Part shown: one piece after another, positions 35,719 to 45,337 of the stretch
How the letters are laid out: every line of letters begins with the position of its first letter
Numbering within the stretch: the first letter of the stretch is position 1
NCBI RefSeq assembly: GCF_965225875.1
Contig: NZ_CBDDBS010000003.1
Span: 2,320,701 to 2,384,700, forward strand
Reading direction: 5' to 3'
Length of the DNA stretch: 64,000 nucleotides
Origin: Haliscomenobacter sp.
Lineage (GTDB): Bacteria > Bacteroidota > Bacteroidia > Chitinophagales > Saprospiraceae
Notes under the pieces: generated by a model
Database searches by the model: none
What the model was told of the DNA's origin: nothing
Seen by the model: only the letters and a program-made list of their open reading frames with translations
Position numbers and translations under genes: made by a program

Positions 35719-37911
35719 TCAAGAACCAAGTTCCAACTGATTTTTCACCAACTGATAATACGCTCCCCGCAAGTAAGTCAACTCGGAGTGAGTGCCTTGC
35801 TCCACAATTTCTCCATCTTCGATTACGATGATGTTGTCAGCATTCATGACGGTGCTCAGGCGATGCGCCACGATGATCAGGGTTTTGCGGCGGAAATATT
35901 CATCCAGGTTTTCCATGATCACCATTTCGTTGAATACATCAAGGGCAGTAGTGGCTTCATCGAAGAACAGGTATTCCGGGTTTTTGTACACGGCGCGGGC
36001 AATGTACAAACGTTGTTTTTGGCCCTGGCTCAAGCCGAGTCCTTCTGAGCCAATTTTGGTATTGTAGCCCATCGGCAATGCTTCGATAAAGCTTTGAATA
36101 TTGGCTACTTTTACTGCACGAAGCAGTTTTTCCTTATCGATGATTTCGTCGCCCAATGCTACGTTGCGCGCAATGGTGTCGTTAAAAATGTAACCTTCCT
36201 GCATGACCACCCCGCATTTTTCGCGCCAGATGCGGTTGCTGAGGTTGCGCATCAACACATCCCCTACCCGAATGGTACCTTCGCTGGGTTCGTAAAAATT
36301 GAGGAGCAGTTTGAGCAAGGTTGTTTTGCCACTGCCACTCCGTCCAACGATTGCAGTGGTTTTACCTTTGGGAATGCGCAAATCCAGCCCTTTGAGCACC
36401 ATTGGTGAACTGGGGCCTTCGTAATGAAAACTCAGGTTGTCGATCACGATGTCGCCCGTTTCGGGCAAAATGGTCATTTTCTCCTGAGGGTTTTCTTCGT
36501 CTTCCTTCAGGTGGATTTCGTTGATGCGCTCCATGCTGATGGAGGCTTCTTGCCAGGCTTGTAAAAAGTCGACCAAACGGTTGATCTGGTTATTGAGTTG
36601 TCCAATGATGTATTGCGCGGCAACGAGCATGCCCAGGCTCATTTGTGCATTGACTACAGCTTGTGCGATCAGGTAGATGATCAGGAGGTTTTTACCTTCA
36701 TTGATGGCCACTGCTCCGGCGCGTTGCAGTTGTTCAACCCGCAGTTCGCTCATGTTCGTGCGAAACAAACGGGCTTGTCCACGCTCCCAGGCCCAACGTT
36801 TTTGTTTTTCAGCATTGTACAACTTGATTTCCTGCATGCCGTTGACCATCTCCATGAGGTTGACCTGATTTTCGGAGGATTGGGCAAAATGGCGGTAATC
36901 CAGATCACGCCGCTTTTGCATAAACCAGTTTACCCACAAAAAATTCACAGCAGTACCAATCAGAAAGACCAAAAACACCTGGAGATTCCAGGAGGCCAGG
37001 ATGATGCCGAAAGCCAAGAGATTGAAAAAGGAAAAAGCTGAAAGTAAGGTGGTAGAACTCAAAAAACGTTGTACCCGCTCGTGGTCGGAGATGCGTTGCA
37101 ACAAGTCACCCATAACCCGGCTATCAAAAAAACGGATCGGCAGCCGCGTCAACTTGATCAGGTAATCGGAAATTAAACTGATGTTGACCCGTACCCCGAC
37201 GTGTAAAAGGATAAAAGTACGGATGTATTCAATCAAGATCTGGGTCAAAAACAAGACGCCTTGCGCAACCAATACGAGGGTGATGAAATTGAGGTTGCGA
37301 TTGCCAATGCCCACATCCACTACCCCACGAATGAGGAAAGGGAAAATGAGTTGCAACAACATGCCCAAAAACAAACCTACACACAGCTGGATGACCAGAT
37401 TCGAATAATTGCGGAAATATTTGGCAATGTAGCCAATGCCACCCTTGTTTTGTTTTTCGCCATCGCGGGAATAAAACTCCGGGGTGGTTTGCAACAATAA
37501 GACTACTCCATGCGGTTCTTCTTCTTCGGATTCGACAATCCAATGGCGCATGAACTCGTCTTTGTCCAATTGATACCGCCCTTTGGCCGGGTCGGCAATC
37601 CAAACGCGGTTTTTGTAAATGCGGTAAACAACAACAAAATGCTCATTTTCCCAGTGCACTACACAGGGCATGGGGATCACTGAGGCCAACTGCTCGAAGG
37701 TTGTTTCTACAGCCAGGGTTTGCATGCCGATGGCTTCTGCCGCATCGCTGATGCCCAGCAGGGTTACGCCCTGGCGGCCTACATGACTGAGTTCACGCAG
37801 GTATTCCAGTGAGTAAAATCGACCATAATGACGGGCAATCATCCTTAGACAAGTTGCGCCACAGTCCATTTTGTCGAGCTGTTGATAAATAGGGAAGCCG
37901 TCGTAAATCAT
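35719..37911 (-). CDS. Peptidase-domain-containing ABC transporter (C39 + TMD + NBD)
   Basis: QQLDKMDCGATC (Cys), HFVVV (His), IADP (Asp); Walker A GRSGSGKTT, LSQGQKQR, FFDEAT. Confidence 0.93.
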   Translation of the reverse strand: MIYDGFPIYQQLDKMDCGATCLRMIARHYGRFYSLEYLRELSHVGRQGVTLLGISDAAEAIGMQTLAVETTFEQLASVIPMPCVVHWENEHFVVVYRIYKNRVWIADPAKGRYQLDKDEFMRHWIVESEEEEPHGVVLLLQTTPEFYSRDGEKQNKGGIGYIAKYFRNYSNLVIQLCVGLFLGMLLQLIFPFLIRGVVDVGIGNRNLNFITLVLVAQGVLFLTQILIEYIRTFILLHVGVRVNISLISDYLIKLTRLPIRFFDSRVMGDLLQRISDHERVQRFLSSTTLLSAFSFFNLLAFGIILASWNLQVFLVFLIGTAVNFLWVNWFMQKRRDLDYRHFAQSSENQVNLMEMVNGMQEIKLYNAEKQKRWAWERGQARLFRTNMSELRVEQLQRAGAVAINEGKNLLIIYLIAQAVVNAQMSLGMLVAAQYIIGQLNNQINRLVDFLQAWQEASISMERINEIHLKEDEENPQEKMTILPETGDIVIDNLSFHYEGPSSPMVLKGLDLRIPKGKTTAIVGRSGSGKTTLLKLLLNFYEPSEGTIRVGDVLMRNLSNRIWREKCGVVMQEGYIFNDTIARNVALGDEIIDKEKLLRAVKVANIQSFIEALPMGYNTKIGSEGLGLSQGQKQRLYIARAVYKNPEYLFFDEATTALDVFNEMVIMENLDEYFRRKTLIIVAHRLSTVMNADNIIVIEDGEIVEQGTHSELTYLRGAYYQLVKNQLELGS

Positions 37912-38051
37912 GGTTCTCTCTCTGCTTCAGGGGGTAGTTTTATTGTTGGTGTATTCTCAGTGATTATAAGTTAGACGTAAGCTCTTTTACGGTGTTACAA
38001 ATTTTAATGGGCAATATAAGTTTTTTGTGCAAAAAAGTGTAACTATTTTAT

Positions 38052-41000
38052 TTAGTTGTTCAGTTTTGCAACAAATTCCTGATACAAAAATCGTTTTTCG
38101 CTGTTCAATCGCAACAAATAGGTGCCCGATGGAAGCTCCTGTATACCAATCCGCTCATTCACCCGCAACTGTTGCCCCAATTTCCGCCGCCAGACTACCC
38201 TACCCGTCAAATCCAGCAATTCCAGTTCCAGTGGCAGTGATTCTTTGAGTTGTAACTCTACTTGCAGCACATCCTGAGTGGGATTGGGGAATACCCGGGC
38301 TGCTTCGACCAGCGTAAAATCCAGCGTGGCGGTAGAAGTAAGTAATACCGACTCCCCGCTCTGGCAGTTTTTGCTATCGGTAATCGTCAGGAAATAAGTG
38401 CCTTTGGGGATATTGCTCAGGTTGTCAGTAGTTGCGCTGTTGCCCCATTGGTAGCGGTAGGGCGGCGTGCCGCCGCTGGGTTTGGCCTGGATGGAACCAT
38501 TCGCCAAATCCCCTTTGGGCTGAACCACAGCAAAGTTGGCGCGAATGGGGTCCGGTTGAGGCACTGAATAGGTAAAAAACAGGGAGCAATTGTCCGCATC
38601 ACTTACCAAAAGGGAGTATTGCCCGGCGCGCAGGTTGCTGATTTTGCGTACATCCAGGCCCAAAACCTGCCCCTGGGCATTTTGCCAGGTCCAGCGGTAA
38701 GGGGCCAGACCGCCGCTAAGGCCAATGGTCAACGCGCCCGAAGCACCGCCATTGCACTGCACCGGGGTGATGGTGTCGGCTACTGCAATTCCTTTGCTCG
38801 GTTCGGAGACGATAAAAGGTCCAAAGCTGGCTTTACAGCTATCTGAATCACTCACCAGCAAGGTATAGGTGCCCGCTTTGAGATTACTGATGCTGCTATT
38901 CCCAAGTCGGTTGTTCCAGGTATACTTGTAGGGAGCGCGGCCGCCTTGGATGTCTACGGTGATGACTCCGCTGGCTTCACCCCGGCATTTGGGGCTGGTA
39001 ATGTCTACTTTGGCAACCTTCATGGGAGCTTTGCCCTGAATGCTGGCTGGCGGCAGGGAGTCCCGACACATCCGCGCATCCTGTACAATGGCGTAATAGG
39101 AGCCCCCACCTACCTGAGTCAAATCTTCGGTATTGGCAATCGGGAGCTTGGTATTAAAGTCGTACCAGGTATAAGTGTAGGGTGCATTTCCGCCCGAGCT
39201 GGAAACGTACACGCCTCCCCCAATCAGGTTGTCGCACAGGCTATTGCGAATGCTATCGCGGCGAATCCGCAAACGGGTAGGCTCGTTGATGGATTTTATC
39301 GTAGAGGTGACCTGACAACCTTTGGCGTCAACCACCAAGACCTGATAATCATTGTCTGCTGGCAGATTGCCCACTTTGACCGTCGTTTGGGAAGTGCTGA
39401 TGGAATTCACCACGTTGTTGAACACGAACAAATATGGGGCAGTCCCACCGGTGATGCTGGCACTCACCTCCCCATCTTTTTTCCCAAAACAACTGATATC
39501 GGTGGCCACAAATGCAGTGAGTTGGATGGGGTCGCCTGCGTTGCGCAATTTGATGGTGGCGGGTTCCACGGTACAACCATTGCCATCTGTTACGGTTACG
39601 CTGTAATCGTCGGCGGGTTGATTGACAATGGCACTGGTCCGCGCTCCGGTGCTCCACAAGTAGCTGTAGGGCAAGGCCCCGCCACTCGCCGAAACACTCA
39701 ATACATTGGAGCGGTCGCCCTGGCATACACTGCCTACCTGTACTTTGGTTTCCGCGTTCAGTTTATTGGGTTGGGTGAGGTTAAAATCGAGGTTGAGCGG
39801 ACAGCCATTGTTGTCCAGCACAAAAAGTCGGTAATTACCCGCGGCGAGGCGGTATGCGCTAGACCCAGTAGAAGTGCTGCCAATCCAGGAATATTTGTAG
39901 GGCTGGTTGCCTCCACTGATGGCCAATTCGATAAAACCCGTAGAGTCACCATTGCAATTGATTTGCCCCAGGGCCAACACCTCGTGGGTCAGCTTGGGTG
40001 GGGTGCTGAGCAGGATGGAATCTTTTTTCAAAATACAGCCCAGGCGGTCGGTGATGGTTACAGAAAACAAACCTGGTGGTAAATTTCGGCGTTCCTCCAG
40101 GGTAGAACCATCATTCCAGCGGAAGCTGATGCCTGGATTTTCAACCCGCAACATTTGTACATTGATGAAACCGTCCCGGGAACCAAAACACAGGGGTGGC
40201 ACCGCGGTGATGTTGGCCACCAGGGGCTGTTTTTCGGGCTGCAACACAAAGCTGGTGTCAATAATACAACCTTCTGCGTCGCGGATGCGCACTTTGTGTG
40301 AACCTACCCCAAGGTTGAGCACGGCATTGGTAGTGTCTCCTTTTTCCCAAGTGTAACGAAATGGCGCTGCGCCTTGGGGAACGACGGTAACAGCCCCATT
40401 GGTCAAACCCAAACAGGTGGGTGCATTGATCGTAGCGGTCAAGGCAATTTTTGAACTGGCATTTAAGGCAATTTTGAGGGTATCGGCAGTACAGCCTTTG
40501 ACATCGCGCACCAGCACTTTGTATTGGCCAACCCCCAGGCTAAGCAAGTTCGCCGTGCTTTGACCCGTGCTCCAGGTGTAGCGGTAGGGAGCGGTTCCCC
40601 CGGTAACCAGGGTACTAATTCGTCCGGTGGTATCGCCAAAACATTTCGGTGCGGTGAGGCTACTCGTACTTACCAGCAGTGCCGCTGGGCTGGCTACGGT
40701 TATGGTAAGCGTGCTGGTACAATTGTTGGCATCGGTGATGGTCACGGTATAATTGCCAGCCGCCAGATTGCGGATGACGGGCAAAGTAGCGCCATTTCCC
40801 CAATTGTAGCGATAGGGTGGGCTGCCGCCACGGCCACTTACCCGAATCATGCCGTTGCGGAAGCCCGCGCAGGTGACCGCCAAATTGGAGTCGACGCCTA
40901 CCGTCAATAAAGCGGGCGAACTCAGGCTGAAGATTCGGGTATACAAACAACCGGCTCCATCCGTAATGCTTACTGTTTGGGTGCCCCTGCCTATTCGTTC

Positions 41001-44000
41001 CAGGTCCTCTTTGATCGAGTTGTTGCTCCAGCGGTATTGAAAATTGCCTGCACCACCAAATACACTCAAATCGATGCGGCCATCCAAACTACCGAAACAA
41101 ATAGGTTGGGTAAAACTGGCCAAAACACGCACCGAATCCGGCTCGGGCAGCAGCAGGTTGTCTACCACTGTGCTACAAGTTCCACTGGTGATGGTAACGG
41201 CGTAGATTCCGCCCGGCACTTTGCTCAATATGGCCGTGGTGTCGCCATTGCTCCATTTGAAACGGGGGTTGCCGCGCACGTCCAGGTTGATTTGGCCGTC
41301 TTTGGCCCCGTGGCAGGTCACTGGCTGGATATCGATGTTGCGGACTTCGATTCCAGGTCCATTGATGAGGGCATTGCGCAGAATGAAGCGGCAGCCCCGG
41401 CTCGAATTGTCGGTGATGGTCACCCGGTAAGAGCCTTGCTGAAGCCCAGTGATTTTAAAAGCACCCGCCGCCACATTGCTGGAATCACCCTGAATGCCCG
41501 CACCACTCCAGGTGTAGCTGAATGGGGCCAGGCCATTGAGTGGCGTGATCGTAATGCTGCCATTGTTGCCATTGCACACACTCACGTCGGTAGTGCTGCG
41601 GCGGATCGAGTCAATGCTATTGGTGGTGGTCACCACTACGTTTCCGGTATTGCTACAGGATTTGGCGTCGGTGATGGTCAGTTGGTAGCGGGATTTTTGC
41701 CCTTTTTCGATGCCAGCGCTGATGCGAATGGCGGCGGTTTCTTCACCCGTGCTCCACAAATAGCGGATGGCCCCCGTTCCCCCGCTGATGCTGGCGCCCA
41801 GTAGCTGGGTTGATTCCACACACAAGTTGAAGGAGTCGGAGGGGCTAAAGGCGATGTTGGGGATAGGATTGATTTTCAAGGTAAAATCACCCGTTTTTTT
41901 ACAACCCAACGGACTGGTCATTTCAAAAAAATACTTGGTGCTCAGCCCCGGGCTGACCAGCGGATTGTCAATAAGCGTGCTGGCACTGGCGGGTAGAGCG
42001 CGGTAAAAAGCCAGGCTGGCCTGGGTGAAATGGTCGTCCTGGAGTTTTACTTTATTGAGGTCAAAAATTTGCTTGGCACAAATCTCGGGTTGTTCGGTCA
42101 CTACCGGATTGGGCAGTGGATTCACCACTAAGAGTACTTCTGCCCGGGTATTGGAAAAACAACGCAGCCGATTGTCAACGGCCTCGGCATAATAGCGGTA
42201 AGTGATGGGTGTAAGGCCATTATTGGCGGGAATTTGGGGCAAAAACACCTGTCCTGAGCTTACAGCAGTGCCGCCCGTGGCCTGGGTGTACCAAAAAATG
42301 AGCTCGCCCTGTACGGGAGTGGCGTTCAAAGTGGGCACTTCACCTGAACAGATGGTGTCACCCTTTACATTGGGCGGCAACAGGATGGTATCGTCACCTG
42401 CGCCGTTGCAGTTGTTGTCGATGTTGTCGCAGGGGACTTCGGGGCGCCCGGGGTTGATGTTGACATTTGCGTCATTGCAGTCCGTTTTATTGCTCACGTA
42501 ACCCGTAGGCGGCGTGGCGGCGCAACTGTAAATGAACACCGCCGCATTGCCATAACCATCCCGGTCAGCATCCGCGTAATAGGGTTGCTCGGGCCAGCCC
42601 TGATAGGTAGAACCATGCAAGGCAATGTGGTCCAAACCGATGTCGCCCAAAGAGCCATTGCCCTTGATGCCCACAAAGCGGAATTGCATCAAGGTTCCAT
42701 TGGCATATTTGCGCAAACTTAAGGATTCCTTAATCCATTGGTTGCCCTGGCTGCCCTGGCGGGTCCATAAGCTTTGCCAGCTCAAGCCACCATCCACCGA
42801 TACTTCCAAGCGCAACGTTCCGGTTGAACTGCCGAACATGTGGTAATAAAAGGACAGGTGGCAGGTGTCGGAATTTTTTTTGTCCAATAAAAAACAGCCC
42901 GATTGCAACACGGCCCGACTGCCATTGGCACACTGAAAACCGGTGGTTTCGATATAGGCATAGTTGCCGTTTCCACTCACATCCGCGTCGGGGCCAGTAT
43001 CCGGGGTAGGCGTTGGGTCTTTGTAAATGAGCCAGTTGAAGCTGCTGCCGGGAAGGTTGCGCCATACCCCGGTTTGCACACAAACCGCATTACAAATGGG
43101 GTCACAAATGGGCTGGTTGTTGAAGGTTTCCAGCGTAGTGGGTTTGGGTGGCAAACAGCCCGTTCGGACCCTGATGGGACAGGAATTTTCGGAATAAGCG
43201 CCTCCATTACAGGTTCGGCGCACGTAAATATCGTAAGGGGTATCGGGTAGAAGGCCTTGCAAGGCGTAGGGTGGGCAGGCGGTGAAAGAAACTATTCGAC
43301 CTTGCGCGCCCGCCTGAGCACCCGTGCCCGGAACAAACCCTGGAGGGCCATATTCGATGACCGAAGCGCCTGCACCACAGCCATCGGTGGGCGACCAATT
43401 GAGCACAACGGTGGTGGTATCCTGCGAAACGATGTGGACGGATTGGGCGGGCAAACAGCTCAAGGGCGCAAAAATGAGTTCTACAAACTCCAAACGCCCG
43501 GTATCTTGTTCGGAATCATCACAGATCAACAATTGCCAATTGCCGTTGGCACTGGTTTTGTTGTCGTTAAAATTGAGGAAGGATTCTTGTGGCAAATAAG
43601 GCCGGTCAATGAAGGGGGCTGTGCCCTGGTCAATCGGAGTACAAGCGCTGGTAGTAAATCGGACATAACCCTGGCAATTGGCACTATCGGGCACGCCATA
43701 ATTGTCGTCCCCGCCCCCATTGTTCATGGTCAAAATGACCCTGGTTCCACTGGGCGAAATCAGGCGAACGGTCACATCGGCTGCCCATTGGTGCTGGATG
43801 CGCAAACGTACTTCCTTGAGGTAAACGTCCTTTCCCAAAATGGTTCCCGGTGCATTATTGACCCGGATGTTGAACAGGTTCGCCAGGAAGAATCCCTGGT
43901 TGTCAGGGCAGGTAAAATCCCGGATCGCCCAGGCGGTATCGCAGCGGGAGGGGTTCGTTAAAGTAGGTGTGGCGGTTTGGCTGTAACCCCAGGTGATGCT

Positions 44001-44072
44001 GCATAAAAACAGGGCTGCTACCTGCAGCAAAGTATACATTGGTGTAGCCTGGTTTGGGTTTGTGTTGCGCAT
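38052..44072 (-). CDS. Giant T9SS-secreted protein (~2000 aa): proprotein convertase P domain, FN3-like, MAM, MopE-like Cys/Asp motif, ~15 SprB-like repeats, type A CTD
   Basis: Start at ATG 44072 or 44039 (signal peptide MYTLLQVAALFLCSITWGYSQ). Motifs HQWAADVTVRLISPSG, TGPDADVSGNGNYAYIE, SFYYHMFG, DCNDANVNINPG...DNNCNG, repeated GG..PY.Y.W, and VFPNPT...LPSGTYLL. Confidence 0.88.
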   Translation of the reverse strand: MRNTNPNQATPMYTLLQVAALFLCSITWGYSQTATPTLTNPSRCDTAWAIRDFTCPDNQGFFLANLFNIRVNNAPGTILGKDVYLKEVRLRIQHQWAADVTVRLISPSGTRVILTMNNGGGDDNYGVPDSANCQGYVRFTTSACTPIDQGTAPFIDRPYLPQESFLNFNDNKTSANGNWQLLICDDSEQDTGRLEFVELIFAPLSCLPAQSVHIVSQDTTTVVLNWSPTDGCGAGASVIEYGPPGFVPGTGAQAGAQGRIVSFTACPPYALQGLLPDTPYDIYVRRTCNGGAYSENSCPIRVRTGCLPPKPTTLETFNNQPICDPICNAVCVQTGVWRNLPGSSFNWLIYKDPTPTPDTGPDADVSGNGNYAYIETTGFQCANGSRAVLQSGCFLLDKKNSDTCHLSFYYHMFGSSTGTLRLEVSVDGGLSWQSLWTRQGSQGNQWIKESLSLRKYANGTLMQFRFVGIKGNGSLGDIGLDHIALHGSTYQGWPEQPYYADADRDGYGNAAVFIYSCAATPPTGYVSNKTDCNDANVNINPGRPEVPCDNIDNNCNGAGDDTILLPPNVKGDTICSGEVPTLNATPVQGELIFWYTQATGGTAVSSGQVFLPQIPANNGLTPITYRYYAEAVDNRLRCFSNTRAEVLLVVNPLPNPVVTEQPEICAKQIFDLNKVKLQDDHFTQASLAFYRALPASASTLIDNPLVSPGLSTKYFFEMTSPLGCKKTGDFTLKINPIPNIAFSPSDSFNLCVESTQLLGASISGGTGAIRYLWSTGEETAAIRISAGIEKGQKSRYQLTITDAKSCSNTGNVVVTTTNSIDSIRRSTTDVSVCNGNNGSITITPLNGLAPFSYTWSGAGIQGDSSNVAAGAFKITGLQQGSYRVTITDNSSRGCRFILRNALINGPGIEVRNIDIQPVTCHGAKDGQINLDVRGNPRFKWSNGDTTAILSKVPGGIYAVTITSGTCSTVVDNLLLPEPDSVRVLASFTQPICFGSLDGRIDLSVFGGAGNFQYRWSNNSIKEDLERIGRGTQTVSITDGAGCLYTRIFSLSSPALLTVGVDSNLAVTCAGFRNGMIRVSGRGGSPPYRYNWGNGATLPVIRNLAAGNYTVTITDANNCTSTLTITVASPAALLVSTSSLTAPKCFGDTTGRISTLVTGGTAPYRYTWSTGQSTANLLSLGVGQYKVLVRDVKGCTADTLKIALNASSKIALTATINAPTCLGLTNGAVTVVPQGAAPFRYTWEKGDTTNAVLNLGVGSHKVRIRDAEGCIIDTSFVLQPEKQPLVANITAVPPLCFGSRDGFINVQMLRVENPGISFRWNDGSTLEERRNLPPGLFSVTITDRLGCILKKDSILLSTPPKLTHEVLALGQINCNGDSTGFIELAISGGNQPYKYSWIGSTSTGSSAYRLAAGNYRLFVLDNNGCPLNLDFNLTQPNKLNAETKVQVGSVCQGDRSNVLSVSASGGALPYSYLWSTGARTSAIVNQPADDYSVTVTDGNGCTVEPATIKLRNAGDPIQLTAFVATDISCFGKKDGEVSASITGGTAPYLFVFNNVVNSISTSQTTVKVGNLPADNDYQVLVVDAKGCQVTSTIKSINEPTRLRIRRDSIRNSLCDNLIGGGVYVSSSGGNAPYTYTWYDFNTKLPIANTEDLTQVGGGSYYAIVQDARMCRDSLPPASIQGKAPMKVAKVDITSPKCRGEASGVITVDIQGGRAPYKYTWNNRLGNSSISNLKAGTYTLLVSDSDSCKASFGPFIVSEPSKGIAVADTITPVQCNGGASGALTIGLSGGLAPYRWTWQNAQGQVLGLDVRKISNLRAGQYSLLVSDADNCSLFFTYSVPQPDPIRANFAVVQPKGDLANGSIQAKPSGGTPPYRYQWGNSATTDNLSNIPKGTYFLTITDSKNCQSGESVLLTSTATLDFTLVEAARVFPNPTQDVLQVELQLKESLPLELELLDLTGRVVWRRKLGQQLRVNERIGIQELPSGTYLLRLNSEKRFLYQEFVAKLNN

Positions 44073-44349
44073 AATCGTGTTTTGGGAAAAATCTGGGGCT
44101 AAAAGTACGGATTTTGGAGGAAGGGGCAAGGGAAAATATTGTCGCGGGGGTGGCGGAATGGGGGGGGTAGAAGCTAATTGTATTCTGTCGGGTATAATCA
44201 AAACCCTAAAAAAACGCAAAACCTTAAAGTAAATCTAGTGTTGTCTTATAGAATTTTTTTCTGGCAAGATAGAATTTCCTTTGCATCACTGCCATCCAAT
44301 AACTGTACAGCCAAAGCCATTGGATTCAACTTTTAAAATTCATCGTGAA

Positions 44350-44895
44350 ATGATAAAATTGAGTATCCTATTTTGGGCGGTACTATTCATAGCTAGCCCT
44401 ACTACTTTTGTGTCTGCCCAAAAAAATCTGATCTTGCAGAGTGCCAACGTAGTGTACAAAATCAAGAATGCCGGGGTCAATACCAATGGAAGTTTCAAAA
44501 AAGTAGCTGCGGAGGTACTCTTTGATGCCAATAACCTCGAAAAAAGTAAAATTTCTGCCACGGTACAAGTCAACTCTCTGGATTCCGGTATTGGCCTCCG
44601 CGATAAGCATCTAAAAGGTGAAAATTATTTTGATGCCGAAAAATACCCGGTGATTTCCTTAGTCGCCACCAAAATCACCAAAACGGATAGTGGCTATTTG
44701 GGGACTTTCAACCTCAGCATCAAAGCCATTACTCAATCCATACAGTTGCCTTTCACAGTGACAACCAATGGTAATACACTAGATTTTCAAACCACAGAAT
44801 TCGGTATTAATCGCCTGACCTATGGTGTTGGTAAATCTAGCATCACGCTCAGCAATACGGTAAACATCTCCATTAAAGCCACTTTTTCAATGTAA
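44350..44895 (+). CDS. YceI family protein
   Basis: Signal peptide; SLDSGIGLRDKHLK, YFDAEKYP, INRLTYGVG. ATG 44350. Confidence 0.9.
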   Translation: MIKLSILFWAVLFIASPTTFVSAQKNLILQSANVVYKIKNAGVNTNGSFKKVAAEVLFDANNLEKSKISATVQVNSLDSGIGLRDKHLKGENYFDAEKYPVISLVATKITKTDSGYLGTFNLSIKAITQSIQLPFTVTTNGNTLDFQTTEFGINRLTYGVGKSSITLSNTVNISIKATFSM

Positions 44896-45101
44896 TTCAA
44901 GGCTTGACCTAAATACCCTTAAACTGCTTGGAATCTCCGCTGGAGACACTACACCAGCGTTGTTTTGGGGTGGCGGGATAAGGGGGCAAGTTCCTCTTAC
45001 CGCTTAGAAGGTTATTTTTCTGATTTATTCAATGTCTTTAAAAGGATTGTTAGAAAAGAACAGAGAGTGGCAAGCAAGAAGATTGAAGGAAGTCAGAAAA
45101 T

Positions 45102-45144
45102 CACAAAGGCCCCAAGAGCAATCCCCTCTGAGCCTTTGTACCTT
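45102..45144 (+). repeat. 43-bp dispersed repeat, copy 1
   Basis: CACAAAGGCCCCAAGAGCAATCCCCTCTGAGCCTTTGTACCTT, 41/43 identical to 58170-58212, with an internal ACAAAGGC/GCCTTTGT stem. Confidence 0.88.
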
Positions 45145-45337
45145 TATAGTGCAGCAGTCCACCCCCTAGCCCAAATCTTCCCTATTACCAACAAACAAAA
45201 CTGGTGCAAGCTCCACGCTAGTCCAAGCCTCAGCAACAACAACTTTATACAATTCAACTGACAAATGCTGGGAAATTGCTGTTTCGTGTCTATTTTAGCA
45301 CTCAAGCATTCACACCCTTTTTCACCCATCCATACCT

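Noticed and set aside
37912-38051. Bacteriocin/RiPP precursor upstream of the C39 transporter
   Set aside because: No ATG-initiated ORF or double-glycine leader was found on the minus strand in this gap.
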